Below are positions 1-11,406 of a stretch of DNA of 64,000 bases, in pieces; positions within the stretch are counted from its first letter, which is position 1, and each line of letters begins with the position of its first letter. The notes below the pieces were generated by a model that worked only from the letters and a program-made list of their open reading frames with translations, ran no database searches and was not told the DNA's origin. This DNA is from Spizellomyces punctatus DAOM BR117 (Eukaryota): assembly GCA_000182565.2 (NCBI GenBank), contig KQ257455.1; one strand, 5' to 3'. The translations under genes were made by a program, and so were the position numbers.

Positions 1-3000
1 AGCTTTGTCGCGGTCCTTCCCTGGAGCATTCGTACGAAGAGACGACTGCGGGATGATATTGGTATCTTCGGGTTTGGAGATGCCATTGACATCACGTTCT
101 TTGCCTCCTCCGTTCTCCATAGCACTACCGCCATTGATGCATGAGGGGCTGATCGCCTTTCTCTCCTGCACGTTTGCCGGTGGTGGGATTTGCGGGGCAA
201 GTTTTACCGTGAATTCTGCACTTTCACCCGGCTGCAGGCTTCCTCGGCACGGGAGGACACTGATTGGTAATGTGGAATGATCGAGTAGGAGGGTCGGATC
301 CCGTTGTTGCTCGGGAGTTACGAGTCTAAGGTCACTTGGAGATCGCGCTTCCCACTCGGCGATGGAACACAAGTCAATGATTTGGGGCACACCAAACTCA
401 AATTCAATAGCACACTCCTCCTCCTCGTCCTCGTTGCTCGCATGTCGTAGCCCTTCTGGCTCGCGAGAAGATGTCTCGAGTTTCAATCTCTTGCTCCACA
501 CGCGACGCTTGATCTCGGCATTTTTTCGTCGTCTTTCTTCTTCACCCGTCCACTCGCGTATAATTCTCAGCTTTTCTTCCCCAACACTCCCGTAGGCAAT
601 TGGCGCAATGGTAACCATGCCGTGCTCCCGATTGAATCGTAAAGGTGGGCATACTGCACTGCCCCGACAATGAATGACAGTGTGCTTGGTCTGCTCAATG
701 CTCACTTGATGACATGTTATGCTCATATTGTCATACGTGCGACCCTCCTCCAGATCGGTAAGCTGTGGAGCAAACTTTATTGGCACGAGAGTGGTCAACT
801 CAGCCGGTAGGCTGATTTCACCATTGGCCCCGTCAATCGTTAGCGCATTAGGGTGTGAAGATAGAAATCGCAAGGTTTGGGAAAGCAATGATCGGTTGAT
901 GATTTGTAAATGAATAATCTTTGGTGGTTCATAAATCGAGCATGTCCCAAAGTCAACGTTGAGCGTTCTCTCAAGACTGTCACCATGAAGTGTTCCAGGA
1001 ACTTTAAGTTCAACGTCTGTCGTAGTTAACCTACCCTGCAGAGTAACTCTCAGCTTGTATGTGATGCCTTCGGCGACGTATGCTAAGCCAAGTGGAATTA
1101 CAAAGCCGGCCTTCTGTCGGCTTCCAAGTTCGCGGTATGCGCTCCGCGACGGTTTGATTTTTATCTGGAGATGGAACGGTATACTCAGAGGTTGTAAAAA
1201 TGCCAACCTTGGAGAGATCTCAACTTCCCCGAGAGTCGGTATTGTCATTAGTAAACTGTCAGGACGCCCCACATCCTTTGCGGAGGCGGCTGAAACGGTC
1301 TTCTTCGTCCCGCGGTTAATGTCCTCGGTAGAGTGTCCTTCAAGTTGCTCTTGCTCAATACGTTCTGATTCGTCGGGACCTGTCACAAGAAGCTTCACCG
1401 CGTATCGTCCGGCATTTTGAAGTACAACGCTACGCCGATATGATTGATCAACAATGCATAACCCAAAATCCACGTTCGCCTTGTCAAGGGTCACCGGGGG
1501 TAAGCCGATCGTTCCATCGCATCGTATTCTTATCGGTTCTACGCCGAGCTCCTCATCAAAAAAGATTGCAAATGTGGCACCTTCCGACGTTTTTACTCTT
1601 GCTGCAAGACCTTGTGGTGGACTGAACCTAATCTGGATGCTGCACGAACTATATGAACCGAGGAAAAAATCGTCATCGTCATCCTCCGTAGTTACTAGTT
1701 GGAACAGCGGTATGGTGGTATCGTCTTCCTCTAGGATGGCATTATCCTGGTCCTGTATGTGATCAATCCGAAACGTGCCTGGAATGGCGCCGTTGTTTGA
1801 CACTTGGATGCGACGGGTGATAGTGCCTCCAACCAAGCAGGTTCCAAAGTGGATCAGTACCCGTCGAGGCCCTATTTCTTGCGCTAGATGCGCGGAGGAT
1901 TTCTTCTGCGCGACAAGTTTGCCTTCATTTCCCGTTTCATTTCCTTCGGAATCATCTAACACTTCTTCTGGGGAATTATATCTGTCTCTGCCAACACAAA
2001 GGTTGACTGCCTTCGCAACTCCTGCGTCATCGCCACTCACGCTTGTTATGAGTGGCACAAATCTCTTTTTCCTGCAGCCCAGCTTAATCACAAACTCTCC
2101 TCCATACTCCACCAGAAATTTCAAGAATCCGTCTAAATCGTCGTCCATACGATGCTTCGGAGTAAATGTAAGTATGATCTCACATGTTTTGCCAGCGCTC
2201 ATACGACCGCCTGGTCCAGAGGGTCCCCATTGTACAGCAAAAAACTCGCTTAAGCTCGTATCTAGGGGAAGCATCTTAATGGCATTGGTGCGACAGGATG
2301 TGTTGGTTATTGTAACGCGTTTGACATAGGAAGTAGGAGATATGGCATCGTAGTCTTCAAACACGACGGCTGCAGGCGATGCGGTGAAAGGTGGTATTCC
2401 AGGAAGAAGCTGAGCATGCTTTATTCTATCGGCGACATTTGACGTACTATGTTTTATTACGTGACGAGGTGGTGGAAGTGGGACACGTTTGAGTTTTTCT
2501 GGAGACTCTGACTGAATTACTGAATCCAGCAAACGTCTCTTTGCGTGCACTGATGTTGGCAACAACCGCTCGCTTGAAATATGTTGACGTTGCATCACTT
2601 CCAACGGTCCATTTGCTAAATGCTTCAGCCCTCTTGCTTTCCTTTGTACGGTCCAGCAGACATCAGGTGCGTTCCATCCTACTTCCTTTGCCCGCTGCTT
2701 CTGCTTCATTCCCACCATATCCCGTTCCAGTTTACGTCTCCTGGCTTCTTCTCCCTTCAGTCTCTGCAGAATATTTGAATATCGCTCATCATATTGCTTC
2801 TGCAATCTTTCCTCCTCTTTTTGCGCTCTCATATACTTCTGCTGTATCATCTTTTGTATGCTTTCTACGGTGCTCTCCATGTTGCCCCCTTCATTGTTTT
2901 CCTTCTGTACTGGGGCTCGAACGATATGTTGCCTGATTCCTATGATCTCTCTTGTTAGCTCCTTCATAGCGCGTTCTCGCTGTTCCTTCTGTCGTTGTAG

Positions 3001-4710
3001 CTCCTCAGCTCTTATACGCCTACTTTGGTGAATGTCGGACACGGTTTCTCGCAACCTGCTTCGCAATCGCCGTCGAGCGGCAGATATTTTCCTCTGCTGC
3101 TGCTCTTCGTTTGTCTGCAGTTCGGCTTGAATCTCAAGGTGCTGCAGATGCCGCTTTTCCTCAGCGATCTTATGTCGTGCGAGCTTCCTGTCCCGCAAGA
3201 TTTGCATCCACTTGTTTAGAACGACTTTCTCAGCCGCATCCATAACATCGGATTCATGTACCTTCTCGTCCAACGACCGGAGACGGTCCTGTTCGACCAG
3301 TAAAGTAAGATAGACATGCTGTAGCTTAAGCATAGCATCTTCCAGCACAGGTAGCCGGGAGGACGCTTCGGCCAGTACCATTTGATGGTGCTTATAATCT
3401 GCTACCAGTTGCTTGTAGCGCGGGAACAGGTTGAGTACCGGGTCGCAGGGCAAAACAAACGCAGAATCGTCACTGGTCGAATGCTTGCCTTCGGAACGAG
3501 TGCCTTCTTGCGGATGGTCGACAGCCCCTTTTGCATGTAGCTGGAGATTGGTGGACGGCAGACGCTTATCCACCTGCCATGTGTGAGCCTCTTTAGCGAA
3601 GCTTGTGATAGCCTTCTCCAGCTGAGGGATCTCCAACTTTGATTTCGTGTGAATTGTCTAAGATCAGACAACATAGGAACTGTCAGACATATTGAGTGAT
3701 GCTACGGATTTGCGCAGGAAAAGCTTCTGAGTACCTACTCGAAGATCAGCAATCTCTTCCTCTAATCTCCTGTACTCGGCCTCCTTTTCTAACACTGCAC
3801 GATCTCTCTTTGCAATCTTTCGCCTTATGGTTGCTTTCTCCTTTATTATCCGCATCTCTTCCTTTCCTCTAAAGAGACGCAGTCCTCCATCGGTCCAGCG
3901 TCTCTGTAAAACCCATCGTTCATAAGCTATTCGCTCTTTCAATGTCATCGCGCTCAGAACATCCAGGGCCTCCGTAAGGGGGTTCTGTAAGCACCAGGCC
4001 CCTTCATGCGACTCTCCCTCGACGGAATATCCAAATCCTTCGGAAGGTACCGGTGGTGGAGCAAAGCAATATCCGGGGAAAAGCATGCTATCCATCATTT
4101 GCCTCTCATTTGCGGATATCGGTGCGCTTGCACCTCCGGATTGGGAGGACAATATGCTTTGTTTTGACGACAATGACTTACTCATGATTGAAGCCCACAT
4201 GTTTGGCTGGTCCTGCCGGTTCGGTATATTTATCTGATCCATGTAAGTCTCATTACTCTTTGCGTTTGTAGGCAAGTTGCTGAAGGACTGGAAACTTCGA
4301 AGTGGTTGCGGCACTACGGTTTCGGTTGCACTTAGCAGAGAAGACGTGGATTGGGAGACAGACGGCCGTCCTATCGGTAATGTTAACTTCGCCGACGCTT
4401 TCAACAGGTCCGGTCGTATCAAGCCAGTTTGCCCAAATCGCTCATCAATAGAATTCGTTTGCAGAGCTTCCGTCTCATTCGGAGCCTGTAGGTTGTCCGC
4501 CTTGATCTCATTGCTGTTACTTCCAAAGGTGGCGGTTGTAATTGGGGCTTCAGTCAGAGCATTTGCATTGCCATTTGGCACTTCTTCCTTAGTAATACCA
4601 GAATTTTCCGTCTTGCTATCGCCTCCTGATATCGGGCTCTCCTTACTAGCTGACCAGTGCTCCCCTTTGTGGCTTTTGCGATGCTTAACGGCCGGTGATC
4701 TGCTGGCCAT
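1..4710 (-). CDS. CFAP74: CFAP74-like cilia/flagella-associated protein (coiled coil plus ASH/Ig-like domains); 3' end runs off the window
   Basis: The 3664-4710 ORF splices via an 81-nt GTAGGT...CTGAC...TAG intron (3738-3658) into a long frame continuing toward position 1. It contains a charged coiled coil, then PFTASPAAVVFEDYD...YVKRVTITNTS...FFAVQWDPSGPGGRMSAGKTCEIILTFTP, resembling the first ASH domain of CFAP74 as recalled. Confidence 0.72.
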
Positions 4711-5006
4711 GACGTAGCAAACGACCAGAGTTCACTGGCGAAGCACTTGATCGTATCCTAGTCTTTTAGGATAGTGGTCGCCTGTGTAATGTTGAACACG
4801 ATGTTGACGTTGTGCTGCTTAGATGCTACATCAAGGGACATAACTCCGAATTACATAAGCAAGGTCAAACTTCCCCACCCCTACTACCAGCACAATTGAC
4901 GCATTCTTTTCTACATATGTTGACAACCTGGCACTAACTACACTATGTTTTAATATTGCAGATCTACACTGACTACTATAGAAAACATGCATTCACTACA
5001 TAACGT

Positions 5007-6432
5007 CTACAACATAATCCTTTCTGGTTGCCCTCCTGATAACCCCAGCTCTCCAATTCGTGTACTCATACCAATACTGGCTACACCTTCTACATCGCAG
5101 GTCAGCAAATTATTCACGTCCATCCTCATGCGCAATATTATATCGCCCATCAAGATAGCCGTGAATAAGAGAACAGGTAAACACCACAAGATCTGTCCAA
5201 TGATGACGCCTTTTAACCCACGCCCTTTGGACAAGTGACCACCCAATATCCAGATGCCATGTATCAGAGAGCCGACACAAGTCCAAGCAACGAAGAGTAA
5301 CGGGAGAAGATGATACTCGATCAATAGCAAACATCGAAACGGAATTGATGCTCCAATGATGAGGCAAATCTCGCAAACCAGAAGAGCAAACAAGGCGTGT
5401 GAGAGCGATAGTTTCGCTTCCGTCAAAAGCTTCAGAATCGTCTCTTTTATCATGAGATCTAGCATTCTGGCACCTTCGACCGCACAGGATGTTATAAGGA
5501 AATGAAAGAAACACATTTTGATGTCTGGAGCACGACATACCTGAAACCACCGCAACTATGACCTGGACTGGCGGCGAGGAGATATTAATACCAGGGCGTG
5601 CCATCAAAGCCATGAGCAAAGCGTTCGCAGCGTTTACGATAGTTCTGCCCCATGGTGACTGCAGGAAGTTGGCGATGGTATCCCTGTAAGTGCAAAAAGG
5701 TGAGAAATTGCAATAAAAAAGGACCAGGTTGCATCAATATGTAACACTAAACTACCTGGACGGAACAGTTTGCATACAGCACCAGTAAACGTACGCAAGT
5801 GGTTGTATGGCTGGGTACGCTAGAACGAACGTTAACGGCTGCTGTTGTGACAATAGCTAAGAACATCATCTAAATATACCTTGAGTACGAAGCTTTATAC
5901 CGTCTTTCGCTCTCAACTCTTCGAGAGGGATGCCATCCCGCGTTAATGGCTTAAAAATGCCATCCACGTACAAGAAATTGTTTGGACCCAGTCCCAAGGT
6001 CTCCAGAGATATTGCGTGTTGACTGGGCAGCTCCACCATGACGCCATTCAGCTCAATTCGCACCGGATCCTCCTCGTGATCAGGCAAATGAATAGATGCA
6101 AGCTCGATAGACTCCTGACAATCACTATAAGCACCCGTCTCAATCAAGTCCCAGGTCGCCTGCAGCTCTTCTACAAATGGAGGCTCCGTATCGAGCTCTG
6201 CGGCGGTACCGGCTACGCTTGGGGGTGGTAGCGGTGCTGGCTGCCTCGCCTGGACCGCCTCCACCGGACCATGAAAATGGTCCGGTGTGCGCTTACGTAT
6301 TGGATAGGATGGACGCGATGAGCGATTCGTGTGTAGATGGGGAGCAACAGCCATGCAATAGTACACCACCCAAATTGAGGTGGCAAAGCCGAGGCAGAAT
6401 ATACCTGAACCAAACAAGACAAGAAACTCCAT
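5007..6432 (-). CDS. Hypothetical multi-pass membrane protein, 4 exons
   Basis: ORFs 5866-6513, 5110-5619 and 5007-5555 join in frame through three GT-AG introns (...RTQ/AYPAIQ...VPS/RDTIANF...VVS/GARMLD...). N-terminal and C-terminal hydrophobic segments. Start codon uncertain. Confidence 0.6.
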
Positions 6433-6780
6433 CAGAATGGATCTAGATACAACTCGGATGCACCCACTCGGGGAATATTGAGAATATAACAACTTACGTT
6501 TGCAAAGAGGCAAATATTACACTACTGGAGTATGAGGTTTAGGTTTTGGTGGTTGTTTTTAGTGGTATGAGGAGGGTAATGGAAGAAAAACGCCCCGACG
6601 ACGACGACGACGACCGGCCTTTGATAACTCCCAAGTTGCGGACCACTGCACAGCCACGCGTTAAACAACGTTGACGACATGTCCATTTCGGGCCTAAGTG
6701 GGTTAGGCGACGCGCGAGGACATTGCGCTTGCTGGAGGATATTCAACCAACTTTAAATCAAGAGCGCTTTCATTTGAACG

Positions 6781-7120
6781 TTTACATCCTTGTAACCTTA
6801 ACCCCGTTCTTGTCCAGCGGGAGCGCTTCTAGGGTAACCAGTCTTCTGCAACGGGAAGAAACGGCTGCGGTGACTTTTTCAGAACGACCGCGTAGGTGAT
6901 GGTGGGTCGGTAGTGTCGCTCGAGCGCTGGTTGGCGGAAGAAGGTGGTTTGGAGGTGGATGGGTATGGGGAGCGAAGCTGTTGGTTAGCGTAAGAAGAAC
7001 GCGTGGATCGGGGAGAGGGGCGCGAAGCTTTTACAAGTTGGGGTCGACGTGTAGGGATGACATGTGGTTTTGTGAGCTGGAGGCTGGGCATTTGATAGGG
7101 CGATGACCGGGCCTGGTGAG
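6781..7120 (-). CDS. Possible small spliced gene (3' exons only)
   Basis: Branch/acceptor GCTAACCAACAG near 6980, followed by an open exon ending ...LVTLEALPLDKNGVKVTRM*. The 5' end is unresolved. Confidence 0.3.
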
Positions 7121-7564
7121 TACAAGTAGAGATTTCCATCAGTCTCGTTTCTGTGTATATGTGCACATGTTGATGGTCTACTTGATTGTGTATAATATCG
7201 TGCAACGAGTGATGAAGTCTTATAAAATCATACTAACATAAATGTCGAAAAAGTGTAACGAAAATTACATCTGGAAGCAAAGAGCAGGAAGAAGACAAAG
7301 CACGGAACCCTTCAGACAAACATACTGGGTCCCGTTAGGGCCTCATTGATGAAGCTGTCGTTGCATGATACGGCTCTAGACGAAGCATGTATCTACACCA
7401 AATTCCTGAATAAATATAAGGGCAGACATGCAAAGTTTATTATTAATCCTCGCCATCAACGTATGTACACAGTATCGAGGGGTATAATGTCGAAAAAAAC
7501 CAAAGAAAAAACATCAAGCGAACAACGCGCAGTGAAGTCCTCTACTACAACATACACCAGTAGG

Positions 7565-8413
7565 TCAATCTTCTGAAATATTAACGGTCCTGATTGGAAT
7601 TTGTGCCGGTATTAGGGACGGGTCAATAAACTCATGGGATATCTCGTACAGGGTGTCCGTGAAGAAAAAGAACGAGTGCAGCGTGATGGAGAGGTTGACC
7701 TTTGAAAGATATGCAGCGGCAAACTTTACGATGCCAATACTTTGGCAGATCCCAAGAGCCCACTCCACCAAGCACATGATGATGGAACATATAATGCAGC
7801 GCATGTAGATCGTGCCTATAAATCGCTTCTTGGACTTGTCCCCGTCTAATGCGGACTTGGTAGCGATGACTTTGTGCAAGATGATAAAGTCGGTGGTGTT
7901 GGATAAAATCAGCGTCACGAACGAGAGGGTTAAGAGGGTAATTCTCAACTCTTTCGCAAACGATGGCGTGTCAATGATCGGCGTTGTCCACAGGTCCATG
8001 TCTGGGACGTCGCGGAAGAAGAAATAAAATTCCAAGACGCAGAGTACAAGCCATCCGCAACCAGCAACGTAGTAGACGGCAACGGGCATGTTCGGCAGCA
8101 CACTTCTTAGGCGTCTCACCGTGATCAAGTTCAGAAATGTTCGATGGGTCAAGTCTCGTAACGGGGTTGAAAACATCATTATGTTGTATACCAAGATAGA
8201 ACCCCCTGCCACAGCCCAATTGATGTTGAACCAACTGATAGAAGCATCCATGATCAACCCCAAGTACGCAACGAGCCACAGCACCCGGATCGTCCCTTTC
8301 AGCTTGAGTGCCGGCAAGGAGATGAACATGTACAGACAGTCCATAAGGACTGCACCGACGCAAAAGCTCGCGGCAAGACGCTCGAGGATAAGAACGGTCG
8401 CGGGATTAAGCAT
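7565..8413 (-). CDS. Multi-pass (about 6-7 TM) membrane protein, GPCR-like topology
   Basis: 282 aa intronless ORF with about 6-7 hydrophobic segments; shares motifs with 51975-52814. Confidence 0.7.
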   Translation of the reverse strand: MLNPATVLILERLAASFCVGAVLMDCLYMFISLPALKLKGTIRVLWLVAYLGLIMDASISWFNINWAVAGGSILVYNIMMFSTPLRDLTHRTFLNLITVRRLRSVLPNMPVAVYYVAGCGWLVLCVLEFYFFFRDVPDMDLWTTPIIDTPSFAKELRITLLTLSFVTLILSNTTDFIILHKVIATKSALDGDKSKKRFIGTIYMRCIICSIIMCLVEWALGICQSIGIVKFAAAYLSKVNLSITLHSFFFFTDTLYEISHEFIDPSLIPAQIPIRTVNISED

Positions 8414-10777
8414 ATGGTCCTACAGAAAGTAGCAACCGGCGACAAGCTTGTCTGGGAGACAAGAGTAGCTGACCAAGTCGTTATATATTCAGCACATCTT
8501 CTAACCCAATGGGCCCTTGTCCCGAGAACTGGGCTCCTACAGCCGTTTGCGTGCTTAACAGATTGGCGATGGTTTATTATTAGCATCTTTTTCCAACATT
8601 TGAATTAACCAGTATATAAGCCAATGTAGGAATGCTTGTTTGCCATTGCACAAACGGACCAGTCCGGAGCCACGCCCCTCCGTGAACAAGGGATGGATCC
8701 AAGGGCTCAACATTTCAGCATGTTACCACATTTAGTTCCAAAATAAGGGTCAGATTAGGGATAATATGCATACCCGTGTTCGACAGAAGGATTTGCTTGC
8801 GCATCTGACCATGGTGAACAAAAGTGGAACTTCCGTCAATGAACCCGCGACGCCCAGAAAGGTGACGTTGGAGCGGGGCTTGTGTGCACGGTATGATTGT
8901 CGCTGCTTGCTGTTTTAGTCGCTGCTGGTAGGATGACGTTGCTGGATGCTCGGGACGTTTGGTACATAATAAAAGTGTGGGTTTGGGAATGCTGGAAAAT
9001 GTATAACAAACAAAGCAAACATTATTTACATTAATACTTGCCGGGATATCTCCTGCCTCTGATCGTTTACGGATATTTATTCAGCTACCCAACTTTTGCA
9101 ACCGGCGACAACCTCCATATGCATAGACAAACGTATTAATGGCGCGGCATGAATTGCAGCCCAACGTCATTGGATCATTCGGTCGCTGTGCACCCATATG
9201 CCGTAACAATAAAGCCTCTTTTTCAGGAACGATCCAGAAAGCCGTATTCTGGTACAAAGGAAGCGACACGACAGCTTGTTGATTAGCAATGGTCAAGACG
9301 CAGATTTCCCCAAGTGTCCCAGCCCATAAACTTTTGAGTTGCCTCAAAATACCGCTGCTTTCCTCCAACATAATTGCACCCACTTTTTCACACAAGCCCT
9401 GCATTGGTCCCGGGGCTTTTGCATCTGGATTGAAGCTTCGATGCCCTGTACTGGCCAATCTTGACCAGAATTGGCTTGCAATCCACATTATTGGTGAGAT
9501 ACACTGTAATGAGCGCAAATTGCAGAACGAGACGCTGAGACGCCAGGTGTTCGCTGCTCTCTTTTCTGGACAGAATAAGGCATCTTTGGTTGGGACACAG
9601 TCTACAATTGCACACCCCAGAATCCATTTTATGATCATTGTCATTTAAGTGGCAACATCCAATTGAGGCAAAATCTTGGACACTGAGCCTTCAATTTGTA
9701 GCATGCCGGGCTGGGACATTGGATGCATGTTGACCACAGCAACCAACTATCGGTGGCAAATCAACAGCAATTGTCTCACAATGATGTTGCAACACTTTAA
9801 GAACAATGGTAACTAACTCAAATGCTGGATCGCACTGCTTGCCCATCATTGCTGCTGCTCTTCCTGAGCCCTTTTGAGCAAGTAGAGACATCACTGCAGC
9901 AGAGAGCAAATCATTGGGAGCAACCTTATTTTCCATAGTCACCTACCAAATATCTCATGCACAAATAAATGAACTGACAATGTGCTTTGCTCAACTCTGA
10001 AAGCACATGAATTGGACTGCCCAATCCACAAAGACATCAAAATTATGAATGGTTGCTCACACCACCACTTGATGGTGCTGCCTTTGAGGAAGAGTTTGGA
10101 TAGCTCTCTCACAGATGATCCTTTTTACAGGGACCTGCTGCCAGGGGTTTGGGAAAACTTCACCCTCCTGCAGCTGTGTACCACTTGATTACACTTTTTT
10201 TTATGCTTTAAAACTCTGCAAACCTCTCTGCTGTCAAGTGATTGGATCACTCTCTTGGAAAAAGAGCTAGGTGCAGTCTTGCTTCTACAGCAGATAGATT
10301 GTACAGTGCCATCCTTATCCAGCCAAACTGGTACAGCTGAGAGGCCATTCACCTCTGCTTCATAATCCATTCCTCAGCAGAAGGCAAGGGCCATTTGCCA
10401 GCTAATTTACAGGAATCACAGCTTCTAACTTGCCATTGGACTATCACAAAGACATTTTCTGATTTCATGCATTTTTGTGGATACACAGGATAGCAAGGAA
10501 GAGAAGGCAATGTATGGCACAATGATACAGAGGTACCTACCACCATCAACCAGTCAATAATCCCCAAGATGTAGGTTGGAATGGATTGATTCAATTGAAT
10601 GTGAATATCTTTACAGTCATATTAGCTTCACCATGAAAGGGTGCACATTGCTTAATGGTGTAGTACAAGTGACTTTCATATAAATGTTAGTAAGCCTCAT
10701 TGGCACAGTCATCCTGTTTGAAAGACCACCACACAACTGCATCTGTGGCCATGAATGGCACTGGACTTTGATGACAG

Positions 10778-11349
10778 TGTAACGGATTTTTTGTTGGTAG
10801 ACTACGGTAAAGACAACTTGGGTCTCCTAGCAGGTTGTGTGGGTGTCTGTACTAGGAATCGTAGTCTCCAAATCCTTTCTTTGGGCATCGGTAGTGACTT
10901 GAGGGCGAGAGGCAAGGAGAGTTGGTTAGTTGTGAACCGAGCAGGATTTAGAGGCTTCAGTGCAGGTGATCAGGCCATTGAAGTGCTCTGTTAGGTTCCT
11001 GTTAACCTAGGATTGGGGTTGAGAAGCTAGTTGTGGGGATTTTTTGTCACTACGGCTTCTGGCCGCCGACTTATTTTATTGAATTCCTCTTTTTATACAA
11101 GAATATGCTACGGTAACGTCTACACTAGTTTCTGTAGCCTTCATTAGGGTGGCGGCATCCGATCTTCCCATCTCAGACCATCACCATGATCGATCATGGC
11201 TGCATAACATATCCTTCACGCTGCGCTGGTGTAGCCCAGAACCGAGCTTGATCTTAGGGGTTTCGAAGCTTAGGTTACAATTGCGGAAACCTCAATCATG
11301 GTCACCTGATGCCTTTGAGCAAACCGGTTTATCAGAGTCATTTGCTACA
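10778..11349 (-). repeat. 3' LTR of Gypsy-1
   Basis: Direct repeat of 19040-19611; preceded on the minus strand by a polypurine tract at ~11350-11360. Confidence 0.95.
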
Positions 11350-11406
11350 TCCCCCCTTCGAAAAAGAAGGTTTGGCAACTCGTCTGTGAGTGTCTGAACC
11401 TCGCTT

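Noticed and set aside
9081-9644. 187-aa minus-strand ORF as a functional gene or transposase
   Set aside because: No recognisable motif; it borders decayed CpG-depleted sequence and cannot be supported.
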